In this document: positions 1 through 11,787 of the stretch, piece by piece
Numbering within the stretch: the first letter of the stretch is position 1
Layout: every line of letters starts with the position of its first letter
Assembly (NCBI GenBank): GCA_977020255.1
Contig: CDROCS010005180.1
Span: 62,001 to 126,000 of the forward strand
Origin: Obrimoposthia wandeli
Lineage: Eukaryota
Length of the DNA stretch: 64,000 bases
Direction of reading: 5' to 3'
The notes under the pieces: model-generated
What the model was told of the DNA's origin: nothing
Databases searched by the model: none
What the model saw: only the letters and a program-made list of their open reading frames with translations
Translations under genes and position numbers: made by a program

Positions 1-44
1 CCACCTTCAACGGATGTACAGAAAAGTACGAAAATTGGAAGGCT

Positions 45-1385
45 ATGTTTCATGAACTAGTGGGAAAAGTATCAGCCGAAAAATCCAGCAAATTACTGCA
101 CTTACGACAGTATTTAGGACCAGAACCAATTAAATTAATTGAAAATTTGGGATTGTCGTCAGAAGCTTACGACGTAGCCATAGAAAGACTGAACCGAAGA
201 TATGGGGGTAACGAAAGATGTTATCGAAACATTCTTAATGAAGTCGATAACTTCAAAGTGATACGGGAAGAAGATATCAGAGAGTTTGAAAAGTTCACGG
301 AGCTGTTGGAAAGGACTCAAATGAAATTGAAAGTCTTAAATAAGGAAGAAGATTTAGGAAATAGTTACTTGTACCAGACCTTTTTAAAGAAGATGCCTAG
401 ACAATTAATTATGGAATGGACAAAATGGAAAAGACAAGAAGAAAAGACGGATTCAATGGAAGAAATGTTAAAATGGGCCCAGCAAAAGACAGATGATTTA
501 AGAGAAGCAGAAGAAGTCTGTCAAGGAAATAAGAGAAAACCTGAGCAAAGGGATAATTTTATAGAAAATAATAAATATAATCAAAGACGAACATACCCAA
601 GCAAGAATGTATATTTTAGTAACGCACCAAAAAACATAGTTCCAGAACAATCAAAGTTCACATCACAAAAAGGGATTCCTGAAACATGGAAAAAATGTTA
701 CAATTGTGGAGGAACACATTACACCGACCAATGTTTTAAGTTCAAAGAAATGAAAATAGAAGAAAGATGGGCAACAGTCAAGCAAAAGAAATTGTGTAAT
801 AACTGCCTAAAGCCAGGTCATTGGGTTAAAGAATGTAGAAGAGAACCAGTATGCAAGATAGATGGGTGCAAGAACAAACATCATTGGCTATTACACGTGA
901 AGAAAGACAGTTCCAGAAATCAAACAAATCTACATGTTGATAACAAGTCAACTGTGATGTTAAGAACAGTTCCAGTGATAATAAAGAATGGAGGGAGAGA
1001 AATAAAAATTAATGCATTATTGGATGATGCGAGCACAGTAAGTTACATTAGTAAGACAGCAGCCGATTATTTAAAATTACAAGGTGAGGAAGAAAAAACA
1101 CTAGTAGGAGTCATCGGAGGACAGGTAAAAAACCTGGATTGTAAAAAGGTATCATTTCTAATTCAAAACTTAGGAAGATCATTTAGAAGAAAGATTCAAG
1201 CATTAGCGTTAAAAGAAGTTACAGGAGACTTACGTGTAGTTGATTGGAATAGTATTAACAAGAGATGGAAACATTTAAAAGATATCAAGTTCCCAGTAAG
1301 TGAGAACAGAAATCAAGTCAATATGCTAATAGGAGCAGATTTAATTGAGATGCACAAAAGCATTGAGGAACGATGGGGGGTCTAA
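45..1385 (+). pseudogene. BEL/Pao gag + aspartic protease
   Basis: CYNCGGTHYTDQC, CNNCLKPGHWVKEC and CKIDGCKNKHHWLLH knuckles; INALLDDASTVSYI protease motif. Frame shifts in the G6 run at 1375-1380. Confidence 0.9.
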
Positions 1386-2565
1386 AGATCCGATAGCAAG
1401 AAGAACACCATTAGGGTGGACATGTGTAGGTAGAGCAAATCTAGGAAGGTCATATCAAAATCAAACAAACTTCATCCGAAGTTATTTGGGGAACACTGAA
1501 TTAGATAATCAGCTACGTCGATTTTGGGAAATTGAAAATAATTGTGAAGATGTAAAAATAATGAATAAAACAGATAAGCTGAGTTACGATAATAGTGTAA
1601 AAGCAATGATAATGGAAGAAGGAAGGTATGAAGTGAAGATTCCATGGAAAGAAGGTATTATGGAACTTCAAATAGATGAGCAAATGGCAATGAGAAGATT
1701 GCAGAGTTTACAAAGAAGATTAAATAAAGATAAGGAATTATCAGAAGATTACTCAAAGATCATAGAGGATCAAGAAAAGAAAGGGTATATAAGATTACTT
1801 AAAATAGAAGCTACGAAAGATACACGATGGTATTTACCGCAATTCCCAGTAGTAAAGCGGGATAGAAATACTACTAAGGTGAGAATAGTTTTCGACGCAG
1901 CCGCAAAAGATTGTGGAAAATGTTTAAACGATTTTATCGATAGCGGGCCAAAGTTACAGGGAATAGTTTTCGACGCAGCCGCAAAAGATTGTGGAAAATG
2001 TTTAAACGATTTTATCGATAGCGGGCCAAAGTTACAGGGAGATTTGATGGAAATACTTCTAAAATTTCGTGAAAAAAGAATCGCATTAGCTTGTGATATT
2101 ACAGAAATGTATTTACAAGTAAAAGTAAATAATTCAGATCGAAAATGGTTGCGTTTCTTATGGGACGATAAAGAAGGAAATATAGTAACCTATGAATACG
2201 AACGGATAGTGTTCGGATTAAATGTATCTCCGTTTTTGGCACAGATGGTATCGAGGGAAAATGCTAAAAAATATCAAGAGAAATATCCAGAGAGTGCGAG
2301 ATTGATCTTGGAAAACACATACATGGATGATACATTGTGCTCAGTAGATACAGAAGATCTAGCGAATAGTACAATTTTAGAAGTAAAAGAAATATGGAAA
2401 GGAGCAAAGAGGGAAGCCAAAAAATGGATAACGAGTAGTGAGGAGATAAATAAACAGATTCCATTATCAGATCAAGCAAAAGTATTACAAATCGATGACG
2501 AAGCACGTCAAGTAAAAACGTTAGGTATTCAATGGGATCCTCAAGAAGATTATTTTACCTTTTAA
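1345..2565 (+). pseudogene. BEL/Pao reverse transcriptase
   Basis: KVRIVFDAAAK, CLNDFIDSGPKLQ, CDITEMYLQV, FGLNVSPFLA, TYMDD, TLGIQWD. Ends at a premature TAA in frame with the next ORF. Confidence 0.92.
1883..2038 (+). repeat. Perfect 78-bp in-frame tandem duplication within BEL RT
   Basis: 1883-1960 equals 1961-2038; duplicates IVFDAAAKDCGKCLNDFIDSGPKLQG. Confidence 0.97.
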
Positions 2566-3123
2566 ACTAAAGTAGATTATGGGATTAATATTAGTAAGCG
2601 AGAATTTTTGAGTATATTGTCTACAGTATTTGACCCTTTAGGATTTGTGAGTCCGTTTATTGTAAAAGCGAAAATATTGATGCAAAAAGTATGGTTAAGT
2701 GGCTTAGGTTGGGATGAAAAGATAGAAGGAGATTTAAGGAAAGAGATAATGACGTGGATTTCACAGTGTAAAGATTTGGATCAAGTTCGAATTCCAAGAT
2801 GGGTCGGAATAGAACCGGATAAAGAAGAAGAGATTCACGTTTTTGTAGACGCTTCATCAGAAGCTTATGGTTCAGTGGCATATCTGAGGACAAGGAAAAA
2901 AGGAAAAATAAAAGTTGTGTTAATATCAGCGAAGTCAAAAGAACCGTTAAAAATAGATGATGTTGTGTTGGTATTAGAGAAGAAAAATGAGCGAGGTAAA
3001 TGGCCGTTAGCTAGAATAATAGAGTTGATAAAAGGACATGATGGATTAGTACGAGTAGTTAGATTGATGGTGGAAGGTAAGGAAAAGACGAAGTCGATAA
3101 GAAATTTGTGTTGGGTATTATGA
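2566..3123 (+). pseudogene. BEL/Pao RNase H N-part fused to integrase C-terminal (DUF5641-like) tail
   Basis: VFDPLGFVSP, HVFVDASSEAYGSVAYLR and SAKSK are joined directly to EPLKIDDVVLV..KWPLARI..GHDGLVRVV. Confidence 0.88.
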
Positions 3124-3222
3124 GAGATTTTTTTTTTTGGTTCTCTGTAGCTGTATTTTAACTAGTTAATCAGCAATAAATTGTGACATACCTCTGGTTG
3201 TGTTATTGATTAATGTTTAATC

Positions 3223-3240
3223 AAGGAGGGGTATGTTGCA
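3223..3240 (+). other. Candidate polypurine tract and start of 3' LTR
   Basis: aaggagggg (3223-3231), then ta, then TGTTGCA (3234), about 110 nt after the ORF end. BEL LTRs start with TGTT. LTR end not identified. Confidence 0.5.
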
Positions 3241-4573
3241 ATTAGAATTGCACCTTATAGTTTAAATTTGTTTTATTGCATCAAAAAATAAAAAGATGGA
3301 TGCATAAATAACAAATGGCTACCTAGTATAAATAGGTTAGATAGCCATGTTGTTATTCACAATTTTTAATGTAAAATTTTTAGGTAAGATTTTTATTATC
3401 ACAATTTTTAATGTAAAATTTTTAGTTTTGTTATGAAATCTGTTATGAGAAATGCGAAGAATGATGTTGATAATAAGAAGTATTTACACTATCTAATTAT
3501 TAAATTAATACTATCAATCAATGAAGATGATGTAACAATCTGATGAAAATTATTTTAAAAATTATGAAAAAATTACATATTTTACCTCAATGTTAAAGTT
3601 AACCTTTCATACACATTCACGCAATTAAATAATTAAAATGTCTTATCTCGTTTGATAACATTCCTTAATTGAAATATTTTAAAATAATTAGATAAATTTG
3701 AATTATTTATTTTTATATAAATTGGTTATAAAAAAATATATTCATAAATATAATTGAAATTATCATTATTCGTTTCTCTTTTTAACTATTCGAAAATATA
3801 TTTATATATACAAATTTAATAAATTAACTCAACAAACAATTTTATTCTCTGTGTATCGAATATTGCAAAATTATTTTCAAAGACATGAAAAAAATAGTAA
3901 ACAAATTGAAAGCTTTGTCAATAAATTATAATACCAAATCATTAATCACATTGTTTAATATGGAAATAAAACAAATTATTCAAACATCTTAATACCTCTA
4001 TATTTTTCAACTTTCTAAATAATTAAGAGTCGTAAGTGAATAAGAGTTAGAGAGTATGATTTAAAATGCTGCTAAGTGATAGCAAGAGTAAGTAAAAACA
4101 AGTTAACATTATTGAATGTATATGTAAATGCACTAGTGTTAGAAAGCATGACTGAAATTGTAACTGATGTAAATGATGAAATTGTAACTTTATCCGTCTC
4201 AACATATTTTGTATGAAAATTTACAAGCTTATACTATAATGACGAACTTTAAACATATTAGAGAATTCAAAATTTTAAATATTTATTAAATCTATTTTCC
4301 AATACATAAAAGTAAATATTAAATTAAAAAAATTAAATATCCCAAAAATACATAGTGTCAGAATCTCGAAATCACGCATACTAACTCAAGGCAATAGGTC
4401 CCCCCGCGGTGGTACCCTTTACTGCAAAACCATTTTGACTTATTATGCACGACTTCAAGACCATTTCAAATATCGCTCTATTTCTTACCGTTTAAAACAA
4501 AACGTGAAACGTGTTAAAAAGAAGAAATGTGTTAAAAAACATCAGACATGTAGAAACTCAAAGGAAACATCAT

Positions 4574-4663
4574 GCATTCCATAATAAAACTCGTATGCAA
4601 AATAAATTAACTGCTAATTGTGGTACTGTATGTCTTTTATGGTTGTATCATCAAGTTTCTTAA
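4574..4663 (+). pseudogene. Adenain-like cysteine protease C-terminal fragment (Polinton)
   Basis: Manual translation AFHNKTRMQNKLTANCGTVCLLWLYHQVS* fits the Q-x5-C-G-x2-C catalytic motif; lies next to pPolB. Confidence 0.55.
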
Positions 4664-4889
4664 TAACCTTTTACGAATTTAAACGACTTATTTTATTAAA
4701 GTATATATAGATTATAAATAATAATAATTTCAATAAAATTTTTAAAATACATTTATAAATTACATGTTTTACAATCGTTTACAAATTATTTTATGAAATT
4801 TAAAAATTCTAAAAAATACTGTATGATCAAAATAATATATTACTGTATAAAAAAAAGATCTTAGTTGGGGTAGTGCAGTAAAATCATTA

Positions 4890-6150
4890 AAACATAAAGT
4901 AGAATTGATACATGATCCGGAAATGCTTAATCTATTTGAAACAGGTATTAGAGTAATTATGACTTTTGTTAATAAACATTAGTGTAAGTCCGATGATAGT
5001 ACATCACTTCTCTATATAGATGTGAATAACTTATACGGATGGGCTTTAAGTCAACCTTTACCACGTAGGAAATTTAAATGGGTGCATGATAATTTTGATG
5101 ATATTTTGAATTTAGTTAGAAGTGAAAAGAATTTAAATAAAACCGTATGGGGTTTTCTTGTTGTAGTAGACTTACATATTCCAGATCGTATACATAATAA
5201 AGTTGATGACTTACCTATTGGACTACATAAGATGTGTCCACCAAACTCAAAAACTCCTAAATTACTTTTAACACATTATGATAAAGAGCAATGTAATACA
5301 TTTCCGTTTACTACAATTCTATGTTTTTCTTGGTGCTGAAATCTTAAAAATTCATAGGGCTATTCGGTTTAGACAAGCACCCGTTTTAAAACAATATATA
5401 GATCTTAATTCAAACAAGCGGGCAACTAGTGTTATTAAGTTTAAATATGAGTTTTACAAATTAAAATAAGAATTCATTTTACGGTAAAACGGTTGAGAAT
5501 CTTAAGAGGCGGCTTGATATCAGATTATTTAATAACGAAAAACGGTTTGAAAAATTAGTTTTGAGTCCTTGGTTTAAACGTCATACTCAAATAAATGATG
5601 ATTTAAATTAGTTTTTTATGAAGAAACAAGAAAATATGTTTAGATCGGCCTTCATATATTGGTCAAATTGTACTTGATTTATCTAAATTATGAATGTATC
5701 AATTACAATATGTTGAGCTTGAACAGTATAGGCAAACTTTTAATTGTAGTATTCGAATTGTAGCTATGAACACAGATTCTTTTTTCCTTGAATGTGTGAA
5801 TATTAATAAGGATAAATTACTCAAATAAATGATTAAAGATGGGTATTTAGATAAGAGTAAGTATCCTAAAACACATCCCTTGTATTCAGAAAACTTTAAA
5901 GCTGTAATTGGAAAATTTAAAGATGAACGTGAGGGTACTGATTATAATGAATGGGTTTTCTTAAAACCAAAATGTTATTCACTTCAAAATAAATTAAGGG
6001 CTAAGGGTATTTCTTTAAAACAAACTAATTTAAGACATTAAGACTACCTCAATTGTTATGAAAATGAAGATTATGATGGTTAACCATCAGCTTCATACAA
6101 CATTTACTTCTAAAGTTGCTCTACAATGTTTTGACGATAATGGGTTAGTA
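4890..6150 (+). pseudogene. Protein-primed family B DNA polymerase (C-terminal half), heavily disrupted
   Basis: YIDVNNLYGWALSQPLP (motif A), KL..NSFYGKTVEN (motif B), AMNTDSFF (motif C with D to N), IGKFKDE, FLKPKCYS, RAKGI, spread over several frames. Confidence 0.9.
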
Positions 6151-6639
6151 AGAATAAAAGCCTTGCTTATGGTCATTTTAATTTAACTTAATATTTTTTT
6201 TTAAATAATATATATAGTTTGTTATTGCTGTTTGTTGTTGTTATTATTATTTAATGTATATCATCATTTGTATATTATTATCATTATTCATCCATTCACT
6301 TGTATATAATAATACAACTTTTGTGTTTAATCGCTTTATTTATTATATAGGATTATTTTGATTAGTTGGCCAATTATATTGAAGTTAGGTTTTTATATAA
6401 TCGAAACACTTAAGTTTTAAAATCATTTCATCATTATGACTCTAAGTACTTTAGATATATTATGTGCTCTTCGCACCAACCTTAAAGAAGACATTTTCAA
6501 ACTTTATACATCTCAATATTTTTCAATAGCTTTTGTAGAGCTATTTTATATAATTTTAAAATAACTTATTCAATGAATAATTGCACATGTGAAGCTCTCA
6601 ACATTGTCATAATTATAATTATTCAAGTAATTTAAATTT

Positions 6640-7130
6640 TATTATATCTCCCAAAGATTTTCTATAGAATTGAGGTCAGGGGATTTGGAAGACCAGGATA
6701 TAAAATCAACACATACTCTAGCAAACGGTCAAAGCGGCTCTAGAAATTGAAAACTCGGTCACAGTGTCATAATCTTCGATCCTTATATTTTGTGCACAGT
6801 CGTCTTCTGCTATCTTCTCTGGTATTGATTTACAATTTTCCGCCAACTTACGCACTGCCTACTATCCCACAATTATTTTTAATTCGACCAATATGCAAAA
6901 TGTTTCGTTTTCCGAAGAGATGGAGTCAAGGCTATCATCTATCTAGGTATATTTTAGTATTGTCTCTGCAGCCCTCAGAAGTAGGATTAATTTCTGCGTT
7001 CATACGAGAGACTTACTGAGCAAGAAATATCAATTCGTTTATGCCAAACACTAACTTACAATACTCATGAGTGACCACAATTATGTCACTTCTCCACCAT
7101 AAGAAACCCTGTCACAATCTGTATTTTGTT
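6640..7130 (-). pseudogene. Tc1-like transposase remnant
   Basis: Minus strand 6647-6697 translates WSSKSPDLNSIENLWEI, the Tc1 WPxxSPDLNPIENLW motif. Extent approximate. Confidence 0.6.
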
Positions 7131-7287
7131 GTTTACAACACTTAAAGATACATTTCTGAAATACTGTTCGGAATGTTTTACGGGCGCATAATACAAAATT
7201 TTGATAATTCCCTTAATTAGGAAAAAACCTTTAATTAGAAAAATAATTGAATAATGTACTTTAGCATTTCCATGTTTTTGTCGTTTA

Positions 7288-7340
7288 GTCCCCGACAGTT
7301 ATAAACTATTTCGGCCTAACCAGGGTCTCGTCAGGGTGAC
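7288..7340 (-). ncRNA. Type I hammerhead ribozyme
   Basis: RNA reads GUCACC-CUGACGA-GACC CUGGUUA GGCC-GAAA-UAGUU UAU AACUG-UC-GGGGAC. Full catalytic core, stems I-III present with one mismatch each in I and II, GUC cleavage site at 7294/7293. Confidence 0.82.
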
Positions 7341-7458
7341 GGCAAGCAAAACGCCGCGAAGAAAGAGATGAGAAATGGGGATTTTCACCTTTACCATGTG
7401 CCGATAATATGCACCAGCACTTTGCATTAATGTGCACACATGCACAAACTGTAAGCTT

Positions 7459-7477
7459 CACACACACACACACACAC
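7459..7477. repeat. (CA)n microsatellite followed by degenerate CACT-rich repeats to about 7545
   Basis: Directly visible. Confidence 0.9.
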
Positions 7478-7775
7478 CAATCATATACGCACTCATTCAC
7501 TCACTTACTCAATCAATTACTCACTCTTTCACTCTATACTCACATCTGTGTATATGCGATTACATGGATTTTGTGTAGATCCCTAACTTTCCAGTTGATG
7601 CGGTTATCTATTTGACATTGGCATCAATTTAGTGTAAACACACAAACGGACAGGCACGGAAATTGCATAATTGCATCCCTTTGGTGTCACATTTTCCAGT
7701 GCAGTATTAGTGCATCATCGAGACTGCGTATTTCTATGTGCTGCTGTTGTTGTATACTACTTGTCGCTTGTCGGC

Positions 7776-7782
7776 TATAAAA
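7776..7782 (+). promoter_or_regulatory. Candidate TATA box
   Basis: ggcTATAAAAgc upstream of the spliced gene at 8.2-9.6 kb. Confidence 0.35.
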
Positions 7783-8189
7783 GCAGTACAACGTTTTAGT
7801 AGTAGAAGTGATGACTTCGAGAACACCCCCGAGAAAGGAAAGATACTCCCGAGTACGTAATCTGTTGTCATAGAAACTTCATGTGTGTCACCATGACAAC
7901 GAACACGCACAGTCTCCATGGTTTGTGTGTTTAACTTTTTTTCCATTTAAGTATTTAAATCTAGATACACTCAAAAAGCAAGTTTTTTCCTACATTATAC
8001 CCTCCAAAAATGCACAGTCGAGAAAATATTACGATTTTTTTAATAATATTTTTAATCCAATGATATACATGTATTCAATCATCGTCATAAAACTTAAGAA
8101 AATAATATAAATGTTCAAATAAATTATTTGAATAATACGCTCTCATTGGATGTTGAACTCAATAAGCAAAATTCAATAAGCTTTTCCCC

Positions 8190-9560
8190 GATGAGATTCC
8201 GTCGGATCAGGAGGAGGATTTGACTCCATTCATTGACGAATAGATCCCGCAAAGTCTCGGAGCACCAGACAACACATCTTCCGAAAACGAGTCATTGGTG
8301 GCAGAATTGGACAACGAAGAGTGGCGGCTATTAATTGACGAATTGGATGGCCTCACTCCATATGCTACTCCAACTCCAATAGCAGACAATACAGTGCCTG
8401 GACCATTCAGAAGGCCACAATATCCGATACGGGCAGTTAAGAAAATAAAGGCGACGAATGAGGTTAGTCTATTAATTTATTTAAAATGTTTTTTAATTTC
8501 ATTTTCAGAAACTTTAATTTGATTACCACTGGGACCACGGTGAGAGGCTGATAAAACTGCAGTACTTGACGAGTCAATGCAGCCAGGAGGAGCCAAGGAG
8601 TGAGCACCAATACATTGCGACTCTGGATAATATCAAGGTAAATTATTTTAAATTAGATAATAATTTTAATTATTCACATAGGAAGCCAACTTGGTGGATG
8701 AAGTTATGAAGGATGCAACTCTCAAACTACCAATGGAAAGGAAGCAGGTTGTGGTTAGGAAACCATGAAGACATCGGGTCAAAACCCAGACGGTCCACCG
8801 GAAGAAGGCTAAGTTGGTGAAACAGGCAAACCTGCCTGTTATTAAGGTAAATTATTTATATGTTTAAATTTTATTGATTGTTTTTGCTGGAACCAATACA
8901 ATTAACTGAGGAGACGTGGGGAAAATATTTATATTTTCTCGCTAAGACGAATGAAGCGGGCCGGAAGACAAGGCGCTCTAAAAAGGTGAAATCCTGTCTA
9001 CTCAAATCTACCGAGGTATCGATGTAGCGACAGGAAAAACTTTCTTATCCTATTATTGAGGTAAATTTTTAAATTTTTAATAACATTTTTTTAAATAAAT
9101 ATATTTTAGTAAATTTTATTAATGTTTTTTGCAGGAACCGGTCCAGATAATTGAGGAGACATGGGGAGAAATTTATTCTTTCCCGCGGAGACAAATGAAG
9201 CGAGCAGAGGTGCTGAAGACAAAGCGCTCCAGAAAATTTAGCACCGCAAACCTCAATTCTTTTGAGGCAGAGATTGGCCGAATGTGATTGGATTAAAAAT
9301 ATTTCAAATTTACATAAATAGGTTAAAATTTATTTACCTCTTCATAAATAAAAACATGGAATTTACTAAAATGCAAAGTCTCGTGACGAAAAAAGAAGAA
9401 AACATCAGAAGAAATGGGAAGAAAGGAAATTTAAGAAAGAGAATCCTGAATAAGAATTTGTACGCTGCTGTCGCGACCAAGTGGAATCGACGGGTGAAGA
9501 TTCAAGGCAGGATCCTGGACTGGAATAGGAAGGTAGAATTGGAGCAAAGCTGAAAAATAA
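8190..9560 (+). pseudogene. Spliced acidic-repeat gene of unknown function (copy A)
   Basis: Coding-like exons (QEEDLTPFIDE*, WRLLIDELDGLTPYATPTP..FRRPQ) separated by introns 8463-8508, 8638-8681, 8847-8889 (acceptor TG) and 9061-9134. Homologous to 21.3-23.2 kb (-). Confidence 0.65.
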
Positions 9561-10055
9561 GAGTGTAGATGGAGGACAATCGGCTAGAGGCAAGAAAGAG
9601 AATCCTCCAGATTAAACCTGAAGAAGGTCCTTCTTCTAAAAAATAAATATTTGAAAATTATTTTTTCTTTTGATTTTATTGATTATGTATAGTTTTACAT
9701 AACCATACTAAATATAAACAATTTAATATATAATGTTTTTTATAAGATGTATGATAAAATACATTTAAATAAATTATACACTAAATTATCTCCAGAAGGT
9801 TATGGAAAAAATTATTTCTCAAAAAATGATACCCCGGAAATTGTTGCAGATAAAATATGTAATTTACTTTCAAAATATTTAGGTAGGTTTACATTTAATA
9901 TATTTATTTAAATATTCATAGAAGAATTGAAAATATGTACCAATCTTAACGAAAAAAATGAATCCGGAGTACTTTCATATTTTAATAAATTTTGATTTAT
10001 GGTTTTTATTTTTATTCATTAAAAATAAAGGGATTTGCTACATATTTGGGTAATA

Positions 10056-10540
10056 ATGCAAGAATATATCATAGACTTTAAGGCTTTCATTAACAAAAAT
10101 GGAGATTATATTATAAAAGAATTATGTATTATGGATATATACGATGTTTTTCATGCGTTGCATTTCATATTCCATGCAGATATCCCGTTTAGGAGTTTAG
10201 ATTATAAGAAAAAATTTACTATTTATATCTCACTAATTATTATCTTTTATTAAAATGGAAAAAAGGACATAAGGTTTTTTGTGAAATATGTATTTTCGAT
10301 ACAATTAAATCTAATTTTGATATTTAAAATGGAATTTTTTTATGTTTATATGAAATGGATTGCAACACGTATAAGACTTTAAAAAAATATTTACATAAAT
10401 TGAGATTGAATACCTTAAATATTTCACATGATCATCTATTAAAAACCCACGAAACATTTGCTGTCCATATCGTGATCATGGTGACCATTGCGCATATAAA
10501 AAGTGTATAAGTCTATCTTACTATTACTTGACATGTAGAT
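10056..10540 (+). pseudogene. Viral/Polinton-associated ORF, possibly DnaQ/DEDD-like fold, disrupted
   Basis: YIIDFKAFINKNGDYIIKEL N-terminus and ICCPYRDHGDHCAYKKC C-terminus resemble a small ORF family seen in invertebrate endogenous DNA viruses. Fold assignment is from recall and unverified. Confidence 0.4.
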
Positions 10541-10790
10541 AAACAATACTTCTAATTGGAGAAATACAATATTTACAAAATAAAATTTTCAATCAATAAC
10601 AAAATACCTAAAAAAACAAATGAACAATCCTTTTAATTGGAGGAATAAAATATATAAAAATTAATATTATCAACCAATAACAGATAAACAATCCTTATCA
10701 TTGGAGGAATAAATTCAATATTTTCATTCAATAAGAAAAGAGCATATATGCATAAAATTTAGTATATAAATTCACACATTTTTCATTTCA
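10541..10790 (+). promoter_or_regulatory. Three repeated ATTGG (inverted CCAAT) units plus TATA box
   Basis: aacaatc/acttNtaATTGGag repeated at about 10542, 10623 and 10687; TATATAAA at 10763; ATG at 10810 followed by a GTAAG donor. Confidence 0.5.
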
Positions 10791-10809
10791 ATCGTCGATT
10801 TTTTAAATA

Positions 10810-11730
10810 ATGAATATGGTAAGAACCTTTATTTTTTATTCTTTATTAATATTTATTATTTCAAATTACTTATAACCTGTTTCCAGCATATTGTGGTGCT
10901 TCTGCTCCGCATGGAGCAGATTCATGCATGGCGATAATGTCCGCCTACTATCGGACAAAGTCACATAGGCGGGTGTACTTCATCTGCCCTTCTGCAGAAC
11001 TAAGACAAGGAGTTTCGAGACTTATTCAATGAACATCGAGATCACTTGTCCAGCTTTGTGGCTAACAACAAGAAGAGGACTGTCGTGCAAATAGTGTGCG
11101 ATTAGCTGGTCGGTCCAGCTCCTGTTCCAGTTGCAGCCTATCAACCTGTTTGCAGTCCTGAGATTGGTCCTTCCCTCCACTCTCCCGAATCTGCTGCTGC
11201 CTCATCCACTCAAATGACTAACAATGAGTATATGAACGTATCTTAAGAATATTTTGAGGATTTGGCGCCAGCAACCCAACTCTCGAACAATGAATGAATG
11301 AAAAATATCACCCAGTCAGATTTCGAGATGGAGCAGCCTCAGTGGAGCGACAACAGCTGGTTGGAGGACATCAAGGAATCAGACTTTGTCGAGTTAACAG
11401 ACGACATCTGGATGGATGCTGTCAATGAAGAAGACTTTCAACCATCTGCAGTTGGATTGCCTTCATCAGGTATTTTTTTATTACAATTGTTCTTATGATT
11501 TTTTTAAATTGTAATTGAATATGTCATATGCGGCAGCACCTTCTTCATCAGCTGCTATTGCCTCAACTTCAGCAGCACCGGCATCAACTGTTATTTTAAA
11601 TAGTTGTCTTCCCATTCAATTAGGGGGAGGTTTGTCAGCGACTCTAGGAAGAAAGAGGCGAGGCCAATTTCTTAATAAGGTTCCCCCAAAGAAACATAGG
11701 GAAAACGGTGCTTCTATAGATATCACCTAA
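10810..11730 (+). pseudogene. Spliced ORF with Trp/acidic repeats and a QLGGG motif, possibly the 5' extension of a pPolB gene
   Basis: GTAAG..TTCCAG first intron; repeats NNE*MKNITQSDF / DNSWLEDIKESDF / DDIWMDAVNEEDF; Ala/Ser linker, then IQLGGG. Confidence 0.45.
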
Positions 11731-11787
11731 ATAATAAATATGTTATAGTAAAGGTTCCATTAAGAAATAAAATTTTATTAAACGTTA

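Larger units (their letters stand above)
1..3240 (+). mobile_element. BEL/Pao LTR retrotransposon, internally deleted and non-autonomous (5' end outside window)
   Basis: Gag (DUF1759-like start, Cys/His knuckles), protease LLDDAS, TPLGW, RT YMDD, Pao RNase H DAS and the C-terminal WPLARI motif occur in BEL order. One frameshift, one in-frame stop, integrase core absent. Confidence 0.93.

Noticed and set aside
2264-2938. Antisense ORFs 2264-2506 and 2657-2938
   Set aside because: Shadow frames of the purine-rich BEL pol, with a Leu/Ser-biased product.
7306-7615. ORFs of 64 and 68 aa
   Set aside because: Products of the CA microsatellite and the ribozyme region.
11420-11475. Minus-strand CTGATGA...GAAA as a hammerhead
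   Set aside because: No stem II and no paired NUH site; lies in a coding-like exon.
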